Origin: Vicugna vicugna
Lineage: Eukaryota
Length of the DNA: 64,000 nt
Assembly: GCA_013265495.1 (NCBI GenBank)
Contig: MU058441.1
Coordinates: forward strand, 429,721 to 493,720
Direction: 5' to 3'
The position numbers and the translations under genes were made by a program. Positions 54,106 to 64,000 of this stretch are shown here, piece by piece. The first letter of the stretch is position 1. Every line of letters begins with the position of its first letter. The notes under the pieces are model-generated. The model was not told the origin of the DNA. It ran no database searches and worked only from the letters and a program-made list of their open reading frames with translations.

Positions 54106-55544
54106 AGTCACCTTTTCAGTGTCTATGCCTAGTGAGATCACACTTAACTCTGGACGCCCCACCTAGGGACCCCCGTCCTCATTTCTTCCTCCCCCTCCCC
54201 TTTCTCCTTCATCTTTCAGATCTCCCACAAGGCAGATAACAGCCCCACTGATACAAAGGGTTTCAAGAATAGAACAGGGTAATAACACAGTTTATTCTAC
54301 AGGAATCAGATAGGATTTTGAACCTAAATCGAGCTTAATATCAAGAAAAATATATTTGAGACTAATGAAGGAAAAGAATGTAGTCCAAACGATCCTAAAG
54401 CAAACACTGGCAAAGAGTATACCACTCGTCTTTCTAACCAGGTAGGATTTCCCACCTGTCCTGAAACCAGACACAACACAAAGCCAATCATTAACACAGC
54501 AATTCTCAAGATTTTCATTTCATGGCCGACTTACAAAATCATCCGCGCAAGTAAGTAACTCCCAGCTGGAGGAATTTGGCTTCGGGGTTTTGCCGGCGGG
54601 ATCCATATCTATAACCCCTTTGATGTTCACCTTTTGCTCCAAATTAAAATAATCAACTGGAAAAATACTGAAAACCAATCTCATCATTTTAATGAGGGAC
54701 AACAAAGGAAACAATAAAATCCAACTTCGGTGTCTGATTAAAATTTTGCAAAAATAAACTTGGAAGTTTGATTTCTTCCTGTGATCATCCATGGATATTT
54801 TAAGACAGAAACTAACAGGAAGCAATAGCCAAAACTGTTGTGTTTACAGTGTGAACACAGTTGCTTCTTGCCTCTAATTCTGTTTAATTTGGCAGAAGAC
54901 ATATGGATAATGCTTGATGCGATTCTTGATGGAAGAATAGGAAACAAAGAGCTGAGAAGGGCGGGCAGAGCTTAGCGCTGGGATCTAGGAGAGCCCCCAA
55001 GGTCAGAGAGAGCCTGACACAGCTCCGCCCTGGGAACAGCAGCGTGGTGATTGGTGCAGCGCGGGGAGGAGGAGCAGCTAGAAGAGAAGCGGAGGGAAGG
55101 GGTGGCCTCGTGAAGAACATGTTTGATGCCAGAAGATGAGGCTTGACCTTTAGGAAACAGCCAGTGAAGGATTCTAAGTAAGCGAACGACAGGGTCCTGG
55201 AAGTCACTCACAGAGGCACCCAGTTCTCCTCGGAGGCCACACCCTCTTTTCCTTCGAAGCCACACCCCTTCCCTTTGGGGGCCACACCCTTATGATTGAT
55301 TCCTTGTGGTTGGATCCTTTCATTCGGACAGCTTTTCTCCTCACTTCCTAACAGAGAAAACTTCACATCCCAGTGCTTTCTGGGAATGAATCTTCTAGAG
55401 TCACAGGTTTATTTCAAACAGGCTTGTATGGAGAAAACCAAGACACATGGTCTGGATGTTCTCCAAGGCATGAAATCATGGATCTTAAGAACCAGTGAAG
55501 TTACAGAATAAAAAGTGAGATCATAATGAGCTACGTTACTTTTT

Positions 55545-56240
55545 TAAGAGTAAGCTAGGAGTGAAACTTCTGGATCATTTGGTAATTCCATGTTTAACTT
55601 TTTGCAGAACTCTCAAAATGTTTTAAAAAATGGCTATTCCATTTACATTCCCACCAGAAATTTCTCCACATCCTCACCACTGCTTCTTATTTCTTCTTCT
55701 TTTGCTTATAGCCATCCTAGTGGATGTGAAGTGGTATCTCATTCTGGTTTTAATTTGCATTCTCCTAATGACTAATGACGTTGAGCATCTTTTCACATCC
55801 TTAGTGGCCATTTTTATACCTTCTTTGTGGCAATGTCTATTCAAATCCTTTGTACATTTTAAAATTGGGTTGTTTGTCTTTTTATTATTTAATTATAAGT
55901 GTCCTGCATATATTCTGATTACTACACCCTTATTAGATACATGATTTGCAAATATTTTCTCTCATTCTGTAGAATGCATTTTTACTTTCTTGATACTATC
56001 CTTTGCTGAAACTTTTATTTTTCTTCAAAAGTTTTTGTGTTTGTTGTAGAAGGACATCTTTTTCTTTCATTGCTTTAAAGATGTCTTTCCATTGTCTCTT
56101 GACTTACATAATATCTGATAAGAAGTCTGTGATCATTTTAATCTTTATTACATTGTAAATAATGTCTTTTCTCTGAGTGCCTTTAAGCTTTTATCTTTAT
56201 CAAAAGTTTTCCACAATTTTCCAGTGATGTGCTTTTGTGT

Positions 56241-56281
<41 letters not shown>

Positions 56282-57560
56282 ATCCTGTCTAGGGTTTAGT
56301 GAATTCTGCAGCTCTGCACAGTTTAAGTTTTTATCAAATTTGGAAGTTTTTCAGCCATTATAGTTTCAAAAAATTTTTATTCCACTTCTCTATTCTTCTC
56401 GGACTCCCACTGTATGTGTGTTAGGCTGCTTGATATTGTTGCACTGGTAATTAAAGCTCTGCATATTTTTTCCTCTGTGGGATTCATTTGGTTAGCTTCT
56501 ATTGCTATGCTTTTAAGGTCTTTGATCTTTTCTCTGCAATGTGTTACCTGCTGTTAATCCCATCCAGTAAAATTTTAATTTCAGCTATTTGTTTTTCTTT
56601 CCTCCAGGCATTCATTTGGCTCTTTTTTATGTCATCGATTTCTCTCTTCATTATATTCATTTTTCCTATAAATATCCGAATATAGTTATAATGTCTGTTT
56701 TAATGTCCTTGTCTTCTGATTCCATCACCTCTCATTTCTCATTCTGTTTCTATTGACTGGTTTTTCTCTTGGTTATGTGTCATATTTTCCTGCCTTTTAG
56801 AAGGTCTAGTAAATTTTGAGTGAATGCCCAGTATTGTGAATGTTACATTGTTGATTGTCTGGATTTTATTATCTTCCTTTACTTGTTGCAAATGTGGCAA
56901 GGAGTGAATGGTACACCAATCTGTTCCTTCAGGACCTGTTTAGCATTGTTAAGAGTGAGCCTAGAATTTCTTTCCAAGGATAAGTCAGAACTTCGGTCAA
57001 GGTGTGACCCCCCAACTCAGGTCTCTACTGAATGCCTGAATGATCACTGAGGACCTTCCACCTAGCGTGGTCAAAACTCAAATATCTCTCCATTTTGGGG
57101 AGCTCTGGGGATTCTTCAGCTATCTGCTTTTTTTTTTTTTTTTTTTTTTTTGGCCTCATGGAGTTGGGTTCTTCCTCTGGCCCTGCCACCATACAACCAA
57201 CACCTTAAGGATACTCACATGCAGATTTCTTCAGATATTTTAATGCACTGGTCCCACCTCTCTAGAACTCTGTCCTGTAACTTGCAGCTGTCTCAGCTTC
57301 CCTAAACTCTGATTTCTGTTTCAACTCAGTGAGTCCACTAGAATCTGGTGAGGTACCCTTCCATGTGCTCCCAGTTGGGGAACTGCCTTTAGGAAGAAAT
57401 CTTATCATAAAGATCACCTAATTTGTTTCCCTTTCCTCAGTGATCACAGCCCCGATCTGCCAGCTGTTAAATGTCTTCAAACAATTGTTTCACGTATTTT
57501 GTCCAGTTTTCTAGTTGTTTATATTGGGAAGGTAAGTCCATTCCTTGTTACTTTATTATG
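55545..57560 (-). mobile_element. Old L1M fragments with a (TG)n microsatellite at about 56243-56279
   Basis: Antisense ORF2 motifs (GTGGATGTGAAGTGGTATCTCATTCTGGTTTTAATTTGCATTCTCCTAATGACTAATGACGTTGAGCATCTTTTCA) and further T-rich L1-like sequence. Confidence 0.65.
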
Positions 57561-58019
57561 GCTGCAAATATAATAAACCCAAGAACTATTTTCAAGTTAC
57601 AGTTATCGGTCACATTTTTGCTGTTATACTGGATAATTGTGATTGGATACCATACATTATAAACATGTTGTTAAGTATTTTAATGTCTTCCATAAGAGTA
57701 TCAGTCTTTTTTTTTTCTGATATGTAGCTTTATCTTCTCAAGGCTTGTTTTTGTTTGAAGTTTCCTTTTCTTTGCCGGTTGGGGGAGGTAATTAGATTTG
57801 TTTGTTTGTTCGTTTGCATTTAATGGAGGTACTGGGAATTGCACCCAGGACCTTGTGCATGCTAAGCACTCTGCCACTGAGTTATACCTTCTCCCCTGTT
57901 TTTGAATCTTTATGAGAGCTAGTCTATAGTAGTTACACGGTAGTTATAGTAGTTAGAAGGTAGGTGTTGATCGGTTTTTACTTTATTCACCTTATTCCTA
58001 ACCTGTTGCCTTTTGGGGT

Positions 58020-58740
58020 TTCTACTGAATGACCTGAGTATTCAACAAAGTTTCTTTAGCCTGACTGGTTGGAGCTAGAATGTCCTTCAGTCCTGTGAGA
58101 GCTTTGTACTTCTTTAATGTATACTTCTCATAAATCATTCTTTCTCCAGACTCGTGGGTTTTCTGGCATCCAAACTTCCTTTCTATCATCCAGAACTGTA
58201 TCTGGCAATTTATTGCCCAATCTAGAAAGCTGTTAGAATCCCAGTCAGATATGCCAAACAACATAACAGAACTCAGAATCTCTGTTAAATTCACCTATAT
58301 CGACAATTTCAGCCTGATGCAAAATAATATTCCTTTTTCCTTGGCTGATCGCCCTCAAAATTCACTTTCCAGAGAAGTCCTCGCAATTGTGCTCATATTA
58401 CTAAACAAAATATCTCTAATCTTCTCCACATGTGAACTTTCTCTTTCAGACTCTGATTTCACATATACATGTATTTTACCTTGACATGCATGCTGTATCT
58501 GAGTATTTATGCCACTAAATACTGGGATCCCATTCTGATTACAAGATCTTGATGAGGAGTAGGTCATAAGGGGAGTTATAGCTTGTTTTTCTTGCACAGG
58601 GTCTTCCTCTAGAGAGGTGGTAACAGCATGTCTGAGCTAGGGAGTGGCAGCTTCTTCAGGAAAGGAGAGTGAGGGAGGTTCATCCCAACCAAATGTGGAT
58701 GCCAGGAGCAGGAGTCTCGTTCTTGGGTGCCCACTTAACT
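58020..58740 (-). mobile_element. ERV-L gag relic
   Basis: Minus-strand translation near 58370-58270 gives approximately WK*ILRAISQGKRNIILHQAEIVDIGEFNRDSEF, similar to the ERV-L gag motif WEWILRVWDNGGRNIKLDQAEFIDMGPLSRDSAF; stops and frameshifts present. Confidence 0.65.
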
Positions 58741-58828
58741 ATGGAATTTCACCTAAAGGGAATAATCAGAAGATAAAGTTCTATGAACTCTTCCCTTAAG
58801 TAACAGCTCGGCTATCAATATTAGAGCC

Positions 58829-59643
58829 TGTTGAGTCCAGGGCAACAAGGGTTCCTGCTTATGGATGGGCGCCACAGGACATAAGAAACACACAGACAGA
58901 GAATCAAACATGGGACCAGGGGACTCCAGATCTCAAGGATCAACGGCCTCGAATGGCTGATTCGCATCTTATTTATTATCATCGTGCTGCAGTGCTGGAA
59001 AGCAAGCAGCTAGAAAACAAGCTGCACCTAAATTGCCATGAGCTTAAAATCTTATAGTCACACTTACTTGCTTAAAATGCACATGCTTGCTTTGTTTTAA
59101 TGTTTTATGCAGTAGAGGACCTAAAACACGTGTTGTGCTAAAGACAATTTGTGAGGGGCCATCCTGAGATTGACCATAAGGGTGCGAAGGAGGGCAGATA
59201 TTTCCTTAGGGTAAAACAATGGCCGGTCTTGGAAAGCCAGATCATCCATTAGCAGAACTTGGTTCTGGCAGGAAAGCGTGCGGTTTAACCCCGGGGAAAT
59301 ATTGGCTATCTCGAGATGTCCCACAGGGAATACCAGGATAGACTTAGAAATTTTGCATCCCCTGAGGAGGGTGATTGCTCCTGGAAGGGATAGGCCTGAA
59401 ATTAATCGGTTAATCGGAGGCAGAATTTAGTGCTTATCACGTGGAGTATCTGAAGCCCCACTTCTTTGACCACATTTTGTTCTGAGCTGTATACCCCTAA
59501 TAAACATGATGTCTGACCAGGCTTTCGGCATCCTAGATCCACGAGATCTTGGTTTCCTGGTCCCATCTTTGCTCCTTTGTCTCTTTCTTAAGTTTTGCGT
59601 CGCCCGTCCTCAGACGCAGTCCCGAGCTGCTCTGGACGCAGCA
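58829..59643. mobile_element. LTR-like unit(s) with inverted, homologous outer ends
   Basis: Begins TGTTGAGTCCAGGGCAAC and ends GCTGCTCTGGACGCAGCA; an AATAAA-containing segment occurs on each strand. Confidence 0.55.
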
Positions 59644-59959
59644 CTGCGGGAAATAACTTTGAAGAATTCAGTGCAGGGATAGCAGTCTACAAACCCCTAG
59701 TACTCCAAGAAGAGCGAAGCAGTAATAATCATCTTTATGACTCCATCTGTTCCCCTTGTGAGGGTCCTACAAACTTCACAGACTTTAATGACTCCCTTAG
59801 GCACACAGCATTGTGCATGTGCCGGAGCTCATGCGGGGCTCAGCGCTCCGACACCAGCACTGCCTGCCCTTAGGAAGCACCTTAGTTCCGAGCCGCACCC
59901 CAGGCCCACGCTAGGGAACTTCTTATTTTCTTGTTCTCATGGAGACAAATTCTACTGAG

Positions 59960-60755
59960 GTAGCCAAATGGAGGAAAAGCGTCAGATCAGCCTCTTACCT
60001 AACCACTCAGTCCAAACCCTCAAGTCTCCACTGGGTGAGTATTTCCCCCCAGTATCTCTCAACAGGAAGGCCAGGTACCCGGATACACTGCCAAATAAAA
60101 CTCAGGATCATCAACAATATGGGAGATCTGAGAAACAGGAGAGAGTCACCCAAATTCGTCTGGACTCCCTGAGGAGGTGGATGGATACAAGGAGCCTCTG
60201 CTGGTACCAAGGCTCCAGTCCCTTGTAGAGTTCAGGCGAAGGAGAGAAGTGTGCTCTGGGTCCCTTCCTATGTGGTCACCAAAACTGTTGACTGAAATAA
60301 AAGCATACAATGTGAGAGTTGTGGGTTAAGTTTTATTCGGGGCAAAATGAGGACTATAGCCCGGGAGACAGCATCTCAGATAGCTCTGGGAAGCTGCTGT
60401 GAAGAGGCAGGGGGGACAGTCAGCATTATATATGATTTTTAGTGAAGAGGGGGTACGTGCAGGCAAGCCCACATTTAGGCAGAGGCTTGCTGCTACTGCG
60501 GGGACATGTCACCATTAATAATTCTAGTGCTTTTCTAGATAGGAGGAGATGCAAGAATTTGAGCTCATAGAATCTTCTCCTGAAAGTACCTAACTACCTG
60601 AACGTCTGTTGTGCCAGTTTTCCTAGAGCACAGAGTGCCTCATTCCCAGTCTCCATCCTGAACCCCTTTCAGGGTTTGTTGGAGGCCAGTGGCTGAAGTG
60701 GCTCGTGATGTAATCCAAGCAGAGTTTGATGGCAAGTGCCAATTTTTAGTTGGCA
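59960..60755 (-). mobile_element. ERV remnant: LTR (about 60286-60755) followed by a tRNA-Arg-like primer-binding site and leader
   Basis: TG...CA bounded segment containing a minus-strand AATAAA; next on the minus strand TGGTGACCACATAGGAAGGGA (60281-60261), resembling PBS-Arg TGGYGACCACGAAGGGA with an insertion. Confidence 0.6.
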
Positions 60756-61947
60756 TAGGAAAGGAAATAAAAAAGGTCAGAATTTGGAGAATTATTGAAA
60801 AGCAGATGTGGGTTTGTGGACCAACACTTCCTCTGCTCTCTGAATCCCAGGGGCTCCAAGTGAGAATGGAAGAGAATGGCCTGAGGTCAGCGAACTTCAA
60901 CAGGAACCTCTCCCAGCAGCCCAGGTAAAAGACACAAAAAATCACAGCGTCACAGACTTTGACAGCCATGACACTGAAGAAAATCTTCAGGATTCAAGAA
61001 TCAACAAGTCAAAAAGAAGATTTAGGAGAAGTGTCAGTAGAGAACAAAGGGCAGAAGTCAACATCCACGGGATCAACTAGGGAACAGATGACTAGGATAT
61101 GAATCAGCGAGGGGCCGGGACGCTTTCTGGGATCATCCACTTGCATTTTGGGTGCTTTGGAGGACATCTCTTCACCTTTTTGAATTTGAATGTCTTTATT
61201 TACAGAAGTGGTTTAGTAATACCTATCTCACTGAGCTTTTGCAAGGATTAAATAAAACATAGTTCATTTTTTTTGCTCCACCAGAAAACTGAATGTAGTC
61301 ACTTCCTCCTTGAGAGTGTTGGTGGCACTTGAATCATATACCTGGGAGAATCAACCTCTGCTTCCTCCGGCTTGCAGCAACTGCTGGGAAAGAGATTATG
61401 GCAAAGAATTGATCCTGTTAACAGTCAATGTCTCTGCCTTTACTTTAGGCTGCTGAAACAGTATACTGGTCAAAAGAACCAAATTCCTCCATACAATAAA
61501 ATGGGAAGAATTTTCACTTTCCAAAAACACTTGAAGTCAGAGTAGGGGTTGGAGGGAGCACTGTGAGAGTGACTAGCAAGAAACAGAGAGCGGAGAGGGA
61601 GAATGAGACCTGAGCAACATGGCGTGTGTATGTGTGTGTTTGAGAATGTTTGTGCGTGTGTTTGGGAGAGAAGTACTGGGAATAAAGACAACAGAGTGAA
61701 ATTCCGGTTGTCAGGAACAGACATAAAACATTTAACAAATATGAGTCTCTTACAGTAAGTGTTATAGTTATTGCTGGGTTAAGTGATGACATTACCCATA
61801 ATCCACTGCATCCATCTTTACAAAGCCTCTGTTGCATGACTGCATGAGCAATAAGATTCTTGGAGGGATAACTTTTAAGTTTGGGTCATCAGGACAGAGC
61901 AGGGACCAGAACCAGTAGGCAAGCAGTGAATGAGGTCAAGAAATTAG

Positions 61948-62050
61948 TGGGGGAGGGTGTAGCTCAAGTGGTAGAGTGCATGCTTACCATGCACAAGGTC
62001 CGGGGTTCAGTCCCCAGTACCCCCTCTAAAAACATTAATAAAAGAAATTA
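61948..62050 (+). mobile_element. tRNA-Ala-derived SINE (vic-1-like), plus-strand copy
   Basis: GGGGAGGGTGTAGCTCAAGTGGTAGAGTGCATGCTT...GGGTTCAGTCCCCAGTACC with Pol III A and B boxes and an A-rich tail; same family as the minus-strand copies. Confidence 0.85.
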
Positions 62051-64000
62051 ATGAGTGAAAGGTATTAGAAGAAGAACAGATGAAAGGAAATGTAGATTAA
62101 ATTTGGAACGATAGGCAGAGACCCCTAAGCTAGGCAGCCTCTGCCACCTCTGCTGCCCCAGGGGGGAGTCACTTCTCACTCGGGGTTTAACATGGCTTGT
62201 CCAAGATGGACAGAGAAATTTGAAAAGGGGTAGCACAGCCATTCTGGTTCAGCTCTGGGACTGTGACACCCGGGTCCCTGAGAAGTAGAGAACATCTTGC
62301 ATCAAGAATAGGAAGAGGGGTGTGGTGAACATCGAAACTGTGAGATGAGAAATGCCTTGAAAAATCTTCTGTTTCACTCATATCTGCTCAATTCTCTCTC
62401 TCGCTTGCCTCTTATTGGAAAAGAAGAGTCTGTTTTTATCTGAGGCCACTCCTCCCACTCCCATCATGTTGTTTCTCCATCTGCTATGACTTCTGTAGCC
62501 TGCATCTTCAACATTTCTTCTCCTTTGCCATCCAAATAGCCTCAAACCTATTTTATCCCAAAGAAAACCCCTCCCTGTTCACTCACACTTCTTGCTGCAT
62601 TCCATCCTATTTTCTGCTAAACATGTTTCCATAACATCAGAATGACCTCCATATATGCATCTTGCCTGACATTCATTCATTCATTCATTGCTTATAGCTG
62701 TAGGGATTTTTCTGGTTTTTTTCCTAAAGCACACATTCTATACTCTAAAACTCAAATAATGAAAAAGATTCATAGTGAAAAACAACAGTTCTGCCAACTC
62801 CCAATCCCAATATTTAAATATTTATGGCCCATATCTTGCAGTTGGTTGAGTCTCTTTTAGTCTGTATGTCTCCTGCTTCTTTCCTTTATTTTTTTGCAAT
62901 GTATATGTTGATGGAAGTAGGTTTTTGTCTCCCAACATGGATTTTGCTAGTTATTTGTCCATAGTGTTTTTTAACATGTTTCTTTGTCCTCTATATTTTC
63001 CATATATTTGTAGTTATATCCACAGATTGGATGAGAAACACTAACCTTTTTTGTTGCAAGATGACTTCAGAAGTGGTGCTAAGCATTTCCACCATGAAAT
63101 AGCTGTGTGGACGGCACGTGATGTTCGGCAGTCTCTTGTGAATTTAGCCACCAGAGGTAATTGTTTCCTCAATTTAATATTTTATCACAGGTTGCACACT
63201 GTTGGTATTCTAATTACAATATTCCTATCTCTTTTAGTAGCTGGAATATAGAGAAAGTCAATATGAGAAGTAGAATTTTCCATTGAGATGTCTGGATTGG
63301 AAATCGGCAAGAACATGGAATTGGAATTGGCTTAAGGTTCCTTTATTGTCAAATCAGCAAGTACACGGAATAAAGGATAGACAAATGGTCAGGCATGAAG
63401 GGCTGGCATAGGATAGTTATTATTCCATGTTGACTCCTTTTTCTTGTGGTGCTTGCTGGCTGCTCAATGTCCTCACACAGAGTGGAGACCCACCAAGGCA
63501 GAAAGTCTGGAATGACAGCGTCGGGTTCACGGAACAGTGCAGGGCATGCTCCACCAGTGCTCAGGGGTCCACGTTACTAATATGTACAGACATTCTTGAT
63601 GTGTAACACCTATATACTTCTCTTTTCTACTTCTTTCTTTTTCACTACGCCCAGGGCAGGCTTAACTCTGACAGCCACACCTTAGCAAGGGGCTTAGGGT
63701 TTACTTCATATTTACCAGGAGCTATTAGAAGGGCTTAAACAGCTGACATGCTAACTTCTATTGGGAGAGGTGATCTGCCACGTGCCCTCGGGGTCCCTGA
63801 AACTTCCTGCTGGTTTTGTCAGGAATGCGAGGTCCTGACTGCTCTTTACTTGGGCTATTTCTTGGGATTGTATTTGCAGCCAGCAACCATGAGGGATGAG
63901 GTAACGGTCCCCATGGACAAAGAATGGACATGAATCTACTCCCTATATATGTAATATGTCCCCCAAACTCCATGGTCTCTCCTATAATGCAACCCGTATG

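Noticed and set aside
58022..58597. Minus-strand ORFs as a cellular processed pseudogene
   Set aside because: An alternative frame matches an ERV-L gag motif with stops; retroviral relic.
61950..62025. tRNA-Ala-like sequence as a true tRNA gene
   Set aside because: Has an A-rich tail, degraded stems and many diverged copies in the window; it is a SINE head.

Overview
Mammalian genomic DNA, most likely camelid, judged from many copies of a tRNA-Ala-derived SINE resembling camelid vic-1 and a repeated young L1 3' end. The window covers the ALOX12-RNASEK-C17orf49 locus. Minus strand: intact 14-exon ALOX12 (663 aa), 3-exon RNASEK (98 aa) and 6-exon C17orf49/BAP18 (172 or 192 aa via tandem acceptors). 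Plus strand: the miR-497/miR-195 cluster. The rest is mostly L1, SINE, LTR/ERV and DNA-transposon relics. Three unusual points: (1) an intron-containing, fully open ALOX15 segment with only exons 9-14, inverted relative to ALOX12 and abutting a young L1 with no evident target-site duplication; (2) an RNASEK with about 10 substitutions against a normally near-invariant protein; (3) no BCL6B beyond the miRNA cluster, with an abrupt composition change near 7.4 kb. Together these suggest a rearranged or duplicated block. Exon boundaries were read by hand. Comparisons with human, mouse and repeat consensus sequences are from memory, not a database search.
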